64,000 nt of DNA. Source: Escherichia phage vB_EcoM_SA20RB. Below the pieces are notes generated by a model. It did not search any database. It saw only the letters and a program-made list of their open reading frames with translations, and was not told where the DNA came from. Below are positions 43,810 to 52,772 of this stretch, piece after piece (position 1 is the stretch's first letter; each line of letters starts with the position of its first letter). The stretch lies in sequence record OL960581. One strand, given 5' to 3'. A program made the translations under genes and the position numbers.

Positions 43810-44279
43810 TTTAAACTCTTTCTAAGCTGCTTCTTAAATGAAGCTATTAATTGTGTTTTAGTGTCAGATTCATTATATTCAAATCCTCTTTGAAGCATCT
43901 CAGCCATCATTTCCTCTTTTCCTAAACGAGAAAATTCCTTTGATTTATCTCCAACGAAGTTAGGGTGAATATTATTTTGGGTGTAATCGGATTTTAAATA
44001 AGTAAGTAAATTTTCTAACCATTCAAGATAATCAACGCCTTGTCCCTTTAAGCCAGAACGATTAAATTTGTGCTTCATTTGACCTTCCGCTGCATTGCAA
44101 AGATTACAGAGCAATCCACGTACCTTTCCTGCTTTTGGTCCATTTAATTCATGGTCATGGTCAAGGTGATTAGCTTGAACATCAGGATTTAGTTCTCGTT
44201 GGCAAATTAAGCATTTACCGTTTTGTGCATTATAAAATTTCTGTTTTTCTTCTTTATATAATTTGCCAGTCAATAACAT
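43806..44279 (-). CDS. 49: endonuclease VII (Holliday junction resolvase)
   Basis: 157 aa; MLLTGKLYKEEKQKFYNAQNGKCLICQRELNPDVQANHLDHDHELNG. Confidence 0.93.
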   Translation of the reverse strand: MLLTGKLYKEEKQKFYNAQNGKCLICQRELNPDVQANHLDHDHELNGPKAGKVRGLLCNLCNAAEGQMKHKFNRSGLKGQGVDYLEWLENLLTYLKSDYTQNNIHPNFVGDKSKEFSRLGKEEMMAEMLQRGFEYNESDTKTQLIASFKKQLRKSLK

Positions 44280-44320
44280 AATAAAACCCTTACCTTAAAT
44301 AGATAAGGGTATTTATTATT

Positions 44321-44497
44321 TCAAGTATTGTAAAACATTCGATGCAATCGTTTATATTGCCGAATCATCTTTTTAGTAGGACGAGAATAAGTTCCTACAC
44401 AAGTGGTCATATTAGGGTCTGTAGAATTTCCTTTAATAAAAAGTTTCCAAACCTTACCACCATTTAACTTTTCAGTATAAATCAATTCAGTTTTCAT
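44321..44497 (-). CDS. 58-aa peptide (below track cutoff)
   Basis: Hand translation MKTELIYTEKLNGGKVWKLFIKGNSTDPNMTTCVGTYSRPTKKMIRQYKRLHRMFYNT; TAATG overlap with upstream ORF. Confidence 0.4.
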   Translation of the reverse strand: MKTELIYTEKLNGGKVWKLFIKGNSTDPNMTTCVGTYSRPTKKMIRQYKRLHRMFYNT

Positions 44498-44943
44498 TAA
44501 AACGCTCGGTCAGAAAAAGAAATTTGAGTTTCAAGCCATTCAATATATTCTGCTGCAGCTTGCATCAAATTTCCTTCATAACCATCATTATTTTCTTGTG
44601 CAGCTAATTTAGCTAATGCATATGAAATACGTTCACCTTGAAAAGCGGCTTTAGGTTTATGAATAGCTTGATCAACTCGTTCTACAACTTCTTCAATTTC
44701 GCCATTTTCCGCTGATTCAGTATTCCACAAGCACCAATACGTAATTGGCTTATCGTAAATGTTAATAATCTTTCCATCAGAAAGTTCAATTTCAATAATT
44801 CCAGTATCAGGTTCTATGTCGTCTTCGCATTCTTTTGCAAGTTCACGAACTTTAAAGACAGTACCTGCACTAAGTTCTGGCCAGTAATTACACAGCCCTT
44901 TATCAGCACGATTAATTCTAAACCACTTATCTACTATAATCAT
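44497..44943 (-). CDS. hypothetical protein (49.x/pin region)
   Basis: Track ORF 154 aa; probable start MIIVDKWFRINRADKG. Confidence 0.45.
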   Translation of the reverse strand: MIIVDKWFRINRADKGLCNYWPELSAGTVFKVRELAKECEDDIEPDTGIIEIELSDGKIINIYDKPITYWCLWNTESAENGEIEEVVERVDQAIHKPKAAFQGERISYALAKLAAQENNDGYEGNLMQAAAEYIEWLETQISFSDRAF

Positions 44944-45065
44944 GTCCCATCTCCATATCAATTAAGTCATTTATCGTAGGTTCATTATATACTGTTTCTT
45001 CATCAGTGTAAACCGGTTCTTCCGGCTCTGGCTCTACAGTTTCCCATCTAGCCGCCCACCAAGGT

Positions 45066-45275
45066 TTAACCCCGAAGCTTATTAAGTTCTTCATAATCAA
45101 TCCAGGATTCTAATCCTGATGGCAAATCAGATTCAATTTCCCAAAGAAGTTCTTCAATTTTATGAAGACGATCTAGTTCTTCAGCAGGAATAGTAACCAT
45201 TGACGGAGCTCTTGCTACACTAATATCGTAAATCATATTTACCCCAGTTTGACCATGCAATCGCCGTATTTCCAT
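45066..45275 (-). CDS. hypothetical small protein
   Basis: 69-aa ORF. Confidence 0.4.
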   Translation of the reverse strand: MEIRRLHGQTGVNMIYDISVARAPSMVTIPAEELDRLHKIEELLWEIESDLPSGLESWIDYEELNKLRG

Positions 45276-45454
45276 TTAGAAATAGACTTTTCACCGTTAG
45301 AATAATAAACTTCGAGTTTAGCACGATTATTTTTAATTTGAATAACCTTTGCTGTCATCAAAGTTCCATACCCGTAATAAACTGCAACCTCATCACCTAC
45401 ATATACCGCGCTTCCGCGGTAGTCATGGATATAATCAGTTCCTTCGAGCATCAT
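45239..45454 (-). CDS. hypothetical small protein
   Basis: 71-aa ORF; overlaps the nrdC stop by 4 nt. Confidence 0.45.
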   Translation of the reverse strand: MMLEGTDYIHDYRGSAVYVGDEVAVYYGYGTLMTAKVIQIKNNRAKLEVYYSNGEKSISKWKYGDCMVKLG

Positions 45455-45714
45455 TTAAAGTATTCCCGCAATTGGTCAAATCCACCAATATGACTTCCAT
45501 CAGGAGCAAATACTTGCGGCATTGTCAAACCAATTTGAGTATCACGACCTAGTTTCGTCAGAAGCTCAGCGATTTTCTCATCATCAAAAACACCTTTTTC
45601 CGGCATAATGTTGATAAATTCAAACGGCTGTTTCTTCACAGTCAAAAGACGTTTTGCATTATCGCAATACACACATTTGTGGATGTTGCTATCATAACCA
45701 TATACTTTAAACAT
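45451..45714 (-). CDS. nrdC: T4 thioredoxin/glutaredoxin NrdC
   Basis: 87 aa MFKVYGYDSNIHKCVYCDNAKRLLTVKKQPFEFINIMPEKG...; matches T4 NrdC as recalled. Confidence 0.95.
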   Translation of the reverse strand: MFKVYGYDSNIHKCVYCDNAKRLLTVKKQPFEFINIMPEKGVFDDEKIAELLTKLGRDTQIGLTMPQVFAPDGSHIGGFDQLREYFK

Positions 45715-45715
45715 A

Positions 45716-45958
45716 TTATTCCTTAATTCCTAGTACTTGTTTAAAAGTCTCGTCGTAATCAAGACTTTGACCCGTTTGTTCTTTATGTTTGTATATAATA
45801 TCACTTACTTCTGATAGCATATTTTTATATGAACGAGTTAAAGCAGATTTAAGCACGCTGTATCTATCAGGAAATTTACCGTGTTCATTATAATACGCTA
45901 TTGCTAATTCACGGACTGCCTTTTCAGCAATCTCCATATATTCTTTACGCTTGGTCAT
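45716..45958 (-). CDS. hypothetical protein (nrdC.1 slot)
   Basis: 80-aa ORF. Confidence 0.5.
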   Translation of the reverse strand: MTKRKEYMEIAEKAVRELAIAYYNEHGKFPDRYSVLKSALTRSYKNMLSEVSDIIYKHKEQTGQSLDYDETFKQVLGIKE

Positions 45959-46262
45959 TTTCTTCTCGGTTAAATCGGTGTTTACAATGACGACATTTAT
46001 AACGAAGATTACTAGTCTGCCAATGAATTAATTGAACCTGTTCAGTACCACATTTTGGACAGTTCGGAACATTCTTAGAAACCCTTTCGCGGCGTTCAAC
46101 CATAACCATAATGGCATCCCAGGCTGGAGGTTTAAAATCTAAATCATCACAACCATGAATCTTTCCACGCATTTCCAGATCGTCTTCTTCACCAGCCATA
46201 ATAATTTTAATTAGACTGGAATTACTTGAAGCTGCAATATCTTCTAATAGACGCTTTTTCAT
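45945..46262 (-). CDS. zinc-ribbon protein (nrdC.2 slot)
   Basis: 105 aa with CPKCGTEQ...CRHCKHRF. Confidence 0.5.
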   Translation of the reverse strand: MKKRLLEDIAASSNSSLIKIIMAGEEDDLEMRGKIHGCDDLDFKPPAWDAIMVMVERRERVSKNVPNCPKCGTEQVQLIHWQTSNLRYKCRHCKHRFNREENDQA

Positions 46263-47188
46263 TTCAATACCTCAATAGCATTACGTAAACCATTTGCTTT
46301 TGCATTAAGAGCTTTTAACAATTTAGTGTGTTCGGCAATTTGGGCTTCAACTTCAATCAAACGAGCATTGAGATATTCGCGTTCTTCGCTCAAGCTATCA
46401 ACCTTTTCTACTTTAGGTTCTTTTACAACTGGCTTATATGTATTAGGGTTCTTCAGTTTAATTAGAATACGTGAACTGTATAACATTGAACCATTATTTT
46501 CGATTTCGTCATACATTTCTACTACGTCCATGATTTTTAACATCATGCGGAGTTTATAAGATAACGAACGAATAGTTTTGTTGTGCTTATTAATTTCTCT
46601 AGCTGTCATGGTGCCGAGATTACGTGAGTAATAATAAGGAACCTGGATATTAATTAACACTGATGAACCACCTGGCTTGTGTGTTACTTCATCAGCAATA
46701 ACCCAGTCCTTAACATGAACTGTATTTGTACGGTCATCACCAGCGGTAAATAGTTTGCGAGCATGCTTAAAAAGCATATTCACTTGGTCATTGAACTGAC
46801 AAGCAAATTTATCAGCAAATTTAGTTTCAGGAATGGTAGATAACCAATCAGCCAAATGAGTCTTTTTAACATCGTTAACAATAGTAAATTCAACCAAATC
46901 GGTTATAGATGTCGCAGATTTAATGAAGCTTGGCTTCATAAAGTTTTTAATGTTATCGCGAGCTACAGTAGAAGATAACATACGAGAACGTTTAAACCAT
47001 TCAAGCAAATTGCCTAACGAATGAGAATAAGCGTTTTGAGTATCTTTACAGATATGATTTTCCTGACCAACATATTGAAGGAAATCACGAAGAATATTAT
47101 TGATTACTGCTCTGTGTCCAATCTGATAACTACGGTGTTTAGTAATAAGACTGTCAAAATAATCAATATAATGTTTACGAGTTTTCAT
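46259..47188 (-). CDS. coiled-coil-tailed family member A
   Basis: 309 aa; shares KIMDVVE and tail heptads with 47241.., 48300.. and 49337.. Confidence 0.6.
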   Translation of the reverse strand: MKTRKHYIDYFDSLITKHRSYQIGHRAVINNILRDFLQYVGQENHICKDTQNAYSHSLGNLLEWFKRSRMLSSTVARDNIKNFMKPSFIKSATSITDLVEFTIVNDVKKTHLADWLSTIPETKFADKFACQFNDQVNMLFKHARKLFTAGDDRTNTVHVKDWVIADEVTHKPGGSSVLINIQVPYYYSRNLGTMTAREINKHNKTIRSLSYKLRMMLKIMDVVEMYDEIENNGSMLYSSRILIKLKNPNTYKPVVKEPKVEKVDSLSEEREYLNARLIEVEAQIAEHTKLLKALNAKANGLRNAIEVLK

Positions 47189-47240
47189 GTTCTTCTCACT
47201 TGGTTAATGATTTATACTCCGAGCCATCCTTGGCTTTAAA

Positions 47241-48242
47241 TTACTTAATTAACTGTAAAGCTTGTTCAAGACGATCCAGGCGATTAACAGATTCTTCCCA
47301 AATCCTTTTAGCCTGCTCATATTCTTTCTGCGCTTTATTAGAAATTTCTAGAGCTTCTTTATAAGCTTTTTCTAGTGCAATAACTTCTGGACGAATTTCT
47401 ACAGGTTCAGGCGAATCATCAAGATTATCCATTAGTTCCTCAAGTGTAATTTCTTCTTTAGGAGTATTCACAATTTCATCACATTTTTGTTGGTAAATTT
47501 CTTTATCAGTCGGTGAGTACGCACATTTCACTTCACGAAGACTAACTACAATTTTATATCCTTCCCAACCACACATATTTTTGAAAGGATATGTATGAAT
47601 ATTTTCTACTGTTTCCATACAAAGTAATGCGGTTTCTAATTGACGAGTTATAGTGCTAGCAATTGAGAAAAATTTATTAATGTTCTTTTGGTTAGTTTCT
47701 GGTGTAAAAAATCCATAATTCACAAAAATAGATACTTTATTTTTATCAAGTTCATATTCTTTTATGATAATCATATCAGAAGCCAAAGGATGAATTTGAC
47801 GATAATCGCCATAACATAATTTAGAAGCTGATTTTAGAAGTTGCTTCTTGAAAAGTCTGAAATTACTAATCCAACGACGAGTAAAAATATTCTCAGGGTC
47901 TTCTTTATTATTAAGATGATAAGAATTAACATCACCGAACCAATTATATCCTACTACATCTTTGGTTCGTTTAATTTCTTTCCCAAAATTACCAAGAATA
48001 TCCCGATTAACCAAATATGAAAGAAGACGAGACTCTTTAAAGGTTTTCTTGATAACATCTTTATCTACACGGCTAGAAATTTTACGAATTTCATGAATAA
48101 ATTTAACAGAAGAAACAATACTTGCGTCAACACTATTGAGCCATTGATTGATAATAGAAATAACGCTATTTTGACCAAACATCGGTATAGCTTTATCATC
48201 AATAACACTATTGAATGATTTGATATATTCGTTACGAGTCAT
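47241..48242 (-). CDS. coiled-coil-tailed family member B
   Basis: Trimmed to MTRNEYIKSF (333 aa) because early promoter 48271-48300 lies in the track extension; motifs FKKQLLKSASKL and CMETVEN. Confidence 0.6.
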   Translation of the reverse strand: MTRNEYIKSFNSVIDDKAIPMFGQNSVISIINQWLNSVDASIVSSVKFIHEIRKISSRVDKDVIKKTFKESRLLSYLVNRDILGNFGKEIKRTKDVVGYNWFGDVNSYHLNNKEDPENIFTRRWISNFRLFKKQLLKSASKLCYGDYRQIHPLASDMIIIKEYELDKNKVSIFVNYGFFTPETNQKNINKFFSIASTITRQLETALLCMETVENIHTYPFKNMCGWEGYKIVVSLREVKCAYSPTDKEIYQQKCDEIVNTPKEEITLEELMDNLDDSPEPVEIRPEVIALEKAYKEALEISNKAQKEYEQAKRIWEESVNRLDRLEQALQLIK

Positions 48243-48270
48243 ATTAATCTCCTCAGTAGAAAGTAAGAAC

Positions 48271-48300
48271 ATTATACCACATCCTTGTGGCAAAGTAAAC
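48271..48300 (-). promoter_or_regulatory. early promoter with spacer hairpin; 32-nt near-copy of 2429-2460
   Basis: attataccacatccttgtgg(c/t)aaagtaaacta is shared with the rIIA.1 promoter, one mismatch. Confidence 0.7.
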
Positions 48301-49328
48301 TAGTTCAGTGCATTTAGTGCATTGTTCAGTTTAGAACGTTGCTTCGTGAGATTTTTGACTTTTTCTTGAGCTTTTTCTAGCATCTTTTCAGCTTCTAACA
48401 CTTCATTAGTTGCTTTAACGAGTTCATCATCTACTGCCTTGATAGACTTCTCAATCGCATCCGCGTGCCATTTTTCAACAGGTTTAAGACTCGGATTTTC
48501 AACAGGAAGAAAATTCGCTTTATTGAATTTCCATGCATCCTTATTACCTGAACTATACATCCAAAATTTAGGATCGTTTGATGAGTAATTGGATAAATTT
48601 AAATTTAAGTTATCTTGCACTTCTTGCTTTTTCTCTTGCGTGACTTCGTCCTTTCTCAAAAAATCGTATTTAAATGAAATGATCATATCAAGTTCATATG
48701 TTGTTGTGTCTAATTTAAATCGTTCGAAATGCTGTGAAATCTTAGACTGAACAGCAGCAACAACGTCCATATACTTAAATGCTTCTGTCAACTGTGATTT
48801 AAGGCATTCGCAAATTGAAAGAGAATTTTTTGTATTAGGTTTAAAGCTAATTCGTGCAGTTCTGTTATTTTCTTTTAATGGTCTTACTTCCATCTGAAGA
48901 GTATAACCATCAAATTTCAGATTCTTTAAGTTAATATCAGAACCTTTTAATCGACTCGCAGTTGATAAAATTTGCTTTAATTGTCTACGGAACAGAGCAA
49001 TAAATCTCCATTCAATACGATAATGATTTGGATTGAAAAATCCAGATGATAAATCGACCTTACTTTGACCAACGCCTTGAACAAATAGAGGATTTTTATA
49101 ATCGATAGTTTTACAGAAATCGGTGAGCTGCTCACGAGCCGTCATTTGTGTAATATAACCCGCTTTACTAAAATTACGCACCCATTCACTGCTATTCGTA
49201 TACTTAAAGTGATGAATAACACGATTAACTTTATCAGGGTCTAAATTATTTTCACACAAAAATGTCATAACATCACGAGTATAACTGGCATTACGAACCA
49301 TATCTTCAATTTGAGAACGAGTTTTCAT
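48300..49328 (-). CDS. coiled-coil-tailed family member C
   Basis: 342 aa; motifs FRRQLKQILSTASRL and KYMDVVA; tail ...LEAEKMLEKAQEKVKNLTKQRSKLNNALNALN. Confidence 0.6.
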   Translation of the reverse strand: MKTRSQIEDMVRNASYTRDVMTFLCENNLDPDKVNRVIHHFKYTNSSEWVRNFSKAGYITQMTAREQLTDFCKTIDYKNPLFVQGVGQSKVDLSSGFFNPNHYRIEWRFIALFRRQLKQILSTASRLKGSDINLKNLKFDGYTLQMEVRPLKENNRTARISFKPNTKNSLSICECLKSQLTEAFKYMDVVAAVQSKISQHFERFKLDTTTYELDMIISFKYDFLRKDEVTQEKKQEVQDNLNLNLSNYSSNDPKFWMYSSGNKDAWKFNKANFLPVENPSLKPVEKWHADAIEKSIKAVDDELVKATNEVLEAEKMLEKAQEKVKNLTKQRSKLNNALNALN

Positions 49329-49336
49329 GGTATTCC

Positions 49337-50227
49337 TTAAGATTTAAGTAAATCAACAATTTTAATTAACTTTTCACGCTCAGATTTAGCTTTACTACTC
49401 AATCCAGATAGTCTGAAAATTTCATCGTCATATTGTTGAATAGAAATATTCAGCTCTTCAATCTGCTTATTAAAATAATCAATTTGTTCAGAATGTTTTT
49501 CGTTACTACGAACTGGTACAGGTTTTGTAGGCAATTTAGTTGAACTGGATTCATCCGGACGATAAATTAAAATACAACTTGAACCAATAGGGCATTTTGC
49601 ACCAGATGAATATTCTAATGTTCCAGCTTCTTTTAAAACTTCAAAAGCTAAACAGAGATGATGCCCCATATTAACATAATCTGTAGAGTGAGCTCTGATA
49701 TAATAATCATCTCCACGAATACTAAATTTAAAGCATTTAAGGTCTTCTGTATTATTGGTCTTAAAAATCATTTGTTTATCTAGACCTTTAGCTAATCGAG
49801 CGCCTAATGCTAATAATCGTCGTTGATTTTCCCACAAATCTGCAATCATTTGGTCAAATGATAACTTCGGCATTAGTCGACCATAAAGGTCATATCCTTT
49901 ATTGTAATTACGAAGGATTTCACTCGCATTAATACGAGACAACGCTCCAATTTTATTAAGGGCTTTCATAATGCGATTAGATAAACTCATTCCAGACCCG
50001 TTTGTTCGCTGTAAATGTTTTTCTAATCCAAATCCAATATCAACTTTAAACTTATCTAAAATTTCAGCATGAACATCTCTGTCGATAACATTCAAATCCA
50101 AAGTTGGGTTAAATCTATGAAAAAATTTATCTGGCTCTCCACGGCGAAGTACAGTCCATTCATTCATCATTTTTTTATTAACTAAAGATTTAATTACTGC
50201 ATTGACATTATTAATTACTACTGACAT
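49337..50227 (-). CDS. coiled-coil-tailed family member D (most diverged)
   Basis: 296 aa from MSVVINNVNAV, preceded by GAGGAAAA; tail ...LSGLSSKAKSEREKLIKIVDLLKS. Confidence 0.55.
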   Translation of the reverse strand: MSVVINNVNAVIKSLVNKKMMNEWTVLRRGEPDKFFHRFNPTLDLNVIDRDVHAEILDKFKVDIGFGLEKHLQRTNGSGMSLSNRIMKALNKIGALSRINASEILRNYNKGYDLYGRLMPKLSFDQMIADLWENQRRLLALGARLAKGLDKQMIFKTNNTEDLKCFKFSIRGDDYYIRAHSTDYVNMGHHLCLAFEVLKEAGTLEYSSGAKCPIGSSCILIYRPDESSSTKLPTKPVPVRSNEKHSEQIDYFNKQIEELNISIQQYDDEIFRLSGLSSKAKSEREKLIKIVDLLKS

Positions 50228-50234
50228 ATTTTCC

Positions 50235-50642
50235 TCACTCAATTTCAATTTTACTAAATACACAGAATATGATTGAACAGACTACATAAGCACCACACAC
50301 AGATTGAACTAATACCATCCCAAAGAACCAAACAATATTATCAAACAGTGTCTGTTTTACGTCGAAAGGACGTAAACTTACAGTAATATTATCACCTTTT
50401 TCTATTGAAGAATACATCTCTGGGGAAATATATTCACTAAATCTATAACCGTCTTTGAGTTCATATACGGCAATAAACGATAAACTAGACCCTTTTCCTT
50501 GTGTTCCTGTAATGGTATTAACTACAGTAACATCATAATCTTTATAATGCATATAATCATTAATTGCGTAATAACCATATGCAACTACTACACATAAACA
50601 ACATATCAATAAATTCAATCTTTTAATTATCAACTGTTTCAT
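50235..50642 (-). CDS. bitopic/two-TM membrane protein
   Basis: 135 aa with N- and C-terminal hydrophobic segments. Confidence 0.5.
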   Translation of the reverse strand: MKQLIIKRLNLLICCLCVVVAYGYYAINDYMHYKDYDVTVVNTITGTQGKGSSLSFIAVYELKDGYRFSEYISPEMYSSIEKGDNITVSLRPFDVKQTLFDNIVWFFGMVLVQSVCGAYVVCSIIFCVFSKIEIE

Positions 50643-50697
50643 AATAATCTCAATTAAAAGGGCTTAGAACCATTATACCATCCTTGGTATAAAGCGG

Positions 50698-51225
50698 TTA
50701 TGCGAGTACCGTCTTTAACCGTTCTTCAAACTTCCGAAGAGTATTTTGGCGTTCAGCTCTTTGCTTTTTGTAAGTTTCAATACGCTCTGAAATGAGAGTG
50801 TATCGTTCATTTACTGATTCTTTCATAAAATCAGGAATTTCACGAGAAGCTTTAATCTCGTCAAATTTATCAATAACAGCTTGCTCTTCAGCAATTAAGT
50901 TATCATACATTAAAATATCTTTCTTGATGAACTCAATATCTTCTTGAGTTACACGAGATAATTTAGATGCTTTATCCTTTTTGTACTGTTCGTTAGTATC
51001 ACGAGACCAGTGCAATGTACGATTTTTATTCGTATTTTTGTAAATTTCTACAATACCGATCTCATCAATAATAACGATCCAATTCCAACGGGATTTGTAA
51101 ATTTGTCCTCCATCAACAGTGATTTCACCTCCGATTGAGATGTCGTTAAAGAACTTGCTTTGTGCTTCAGATTTAAATTTACCATCGTTGTAATTTACCA
51201 AGTTGAAAATATCTTTAGCGTTCAT
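50698..51225 (-). CDS. hypothetical protein with coiled-coil tail
   Basis: 175 aa; C-terminal ...ERIETYKKQRAERQNTLRKFEERLKTVLA. Confidence 0.5.
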   Translation of the reverse strand: MNAKDIFNLVNYNDGKFKSEAQSKFFNDISIGGEITVDGGQIYKSRWNWIVIIDEIGIVEIYKNTNKNRTLHWSRDTNEQYKKDKASKLSRVTQEDIEFIKKDILMYDNLIAEEQAVIDKFDEIKASREIPDFMKESVNERYTLISERIETYKKQRAERQNTLRKFEERLKTVLA

Positions 51226-51251
51226 TTTGTGTTCCTCCGTAGTTGATAGTT

Positions 51252-51283
51252 GTATAGTACCACAGAGGAACAGTCTTGTAAAC
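51252..51283 (-). promoter_or_regulatory. early promoter cassette (shares agttgatagttgtatagtacca with 24219.. and 52680..)
   Basis: GTTTAC...TACTATAC plus the shared leader. Confidence 0.6.
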
Positions 51284-51285
51284 CA

Positions 51286-51600
51286 CTAAAAGAAACTTCT
51301 TTCACAATTTTTTCCACTGAACCAGGCGCTCACTGCTTTCTTAGTCTCAGGAGCAGTGTTATCCATAAACCATTCAAAGGCAGCCTTTTTATGATTCTGG
51401 AGGGCTTCTCGGGCTTTAATCTGCTCACGGTCTATTAACACTAACATATGAGCCTTTCTTGTCACCATGGGCTTCTTATGATTTTTTGAATACTCCCAGT
51501 CATTTGTCCATCGCATTGTCGTTGCGAACTGAAATACTGCTTCTTTAATTTTAGTTTCGTAAATTTCACGAGCCTTTGAGTATAACATCATTACCTCCAT
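51286..51600 (-). CDS. hypothetical protein
   Basis: 104-aa ORF. Confidence 0.45.
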   Translation of the reverse strand: MEVMMLYSKAREIYETKIKEAVFQFATTMRWTNDWEYSKNHKKPMVTRKAHMLVLIDREQIKAREALQNHKKAAFEWFMDNTAPETKKAVSAWFSGKNCERSFF

Positions 51601-51689
51601 TCACCAGTTTAATTCTAGTCATCTTTTTAATGGCAGTCCATATAATCTATTTCTGAACTGCCTTTTTGTCATAGAAGTCCTCTTATGAA

Positions 51690-52658
51690 TTATTTCAGAA
51701 GAGTAACCTCAGCAATTTCTTCCCAACCGTTTTTGTCGGTCATAATAAAGTCAGCAAGATAAAGAGCAGTACGCAGTGAAACATTGCGTAAACGGTTAAC
51801 ATTAACTTTCATCCATGATAATGCTTTATAAGTTTCTTCATCAGAAAGACCGCGCTTTTGCATCATGTCAGTTGAAAGAATAACATCTTCAACCCTGACC
51901 ATAATTTCTTCATTAGTATGAACACCCAAATCCAAATAAACCGAGCGGGACACTAATGCTTGTAAATGTGGAGCAAGTTTAGTACCACGGTCTAATTCGC
52001 GGTCAATGTCAACGTTTGTGATAAAAACAATCGTTCCTTTAAATTCAAACTCACGCTCAATGCCTTTTTCTTCTAAGTAAGAAGACGCAGTGCTCCAGCA
52101 GACTTTACGGGTCTCTCCGGTGTCCAGAGCGGCTTTTAGAAGATTAAGAATGTCCATATCAGAGAAAACATCCACATCATCAATCAAAAGGACAGAATTC
52201 TCTTCACGATTATTCCAAAGCTGCTCATAAAGACCAATACCAGAGATTTTACCATTAATGCTTTTATATTCAATGTATCCAATATCATTTGCTTTATTTA
52301 AAGCTTTATCTAAAGAATACGTTTTACCAATACCTGCTGCACCAGAGATAATCAATGAACGAATATTTCCATTAATAATACCATTCGTCATCATTCCCAT
52401 AACATTAAATCTTTTATTAATGCGGGTTTTCATATCTTCATACGATTCTTTAACTTCTTCAACCTTTACACCATCATATGAAATATCTGATTTGTAAACC
52501 CAAACACCGCGACGTTTACCGTCAATTTCAACAAAAACTTTACCATCTCCTTGTGCATCTACCGGAGCATTATCTGGGAACCATTCGCCTAAGAGCTCAA
52601 AAGTTCCAGAGATTTCTTTACCGAAGTAGATACCCTTATTGATAGTTACAGTTTTCAT
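51690..52658 (-). CDS. AAA-type ATPase (nrdC.10 slot)
   Basis: 322 aa from MKTVTINKG; Walker A GAAGIGKT; Walker B VLLIDDVD. Confidence 0.7.
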   Translation of the reverse strand: MKTVTINKGIYFGKEISGTFELLGEWFPDNAPVDAQGDGKVFVEIDGKRRGVWVYKSDISYDGVKVEEVKESYEDMKTRINKRFNVMGMMTNGIINGNIRSLIISGAAGIGKTYSLDKALNKANDIGYIEYKSINGKISGIGLYEQLWNNREENSVLLIDDVDVFSDMDILNLLKAALDTGETRKVCWSTASSYLEEKGIEREFEFKGTIVFITNVDIDRELDRGTKLAPHLQALVSRSVYLDLGVHTNEEIMVRVEDVILSTDMMQKRGLSDEETYKALSWMKVNVNRLRNVSLRTALYLADFIMTDKNGWEEIAEVTLLK

Positions 52659-52741
52659 TTTATTCTCCAAATCCGTATCAGTTGATAGTTGTATAGTACC
52701 ATAAAGCTTTATGCTTGTAAACCGTTTTGTGAAAAAATTTT
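52652..52741 (-). repeat. early-promoter/leader cassette, copy 2
   Basis: Same 50-nt and 25-nt blocks as 24191-24280, upstream of the AAA ATPase gene. Confidence 0.85.
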
Positions 52742-52752
52742 GAAATAAAAAA

Positions 52753-52770
52753 GGGAGCCCGAAGGCTCCC
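52753..52770 (-). terminator. rho-independent terminator after the nucleotidyltransferase gene
   Basis: GGGAGCC-UUCG-GGCUCCC followed by U6. Confidence 0.8.
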
Positions 52771-52772
52771 TA

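Noticed and set aside
44950-45100. 55-aa ORF (MKNLISFGVKPWWAARWETVEPEPEEPVYTDEE...) overlapping both neighbours
   Set aside because: It overlaps the 3' end of 45066-45275 and the 5' end of 44497-44943 extensively, and it has no clear RBS. Possibly real but not supportable from sequence alone.
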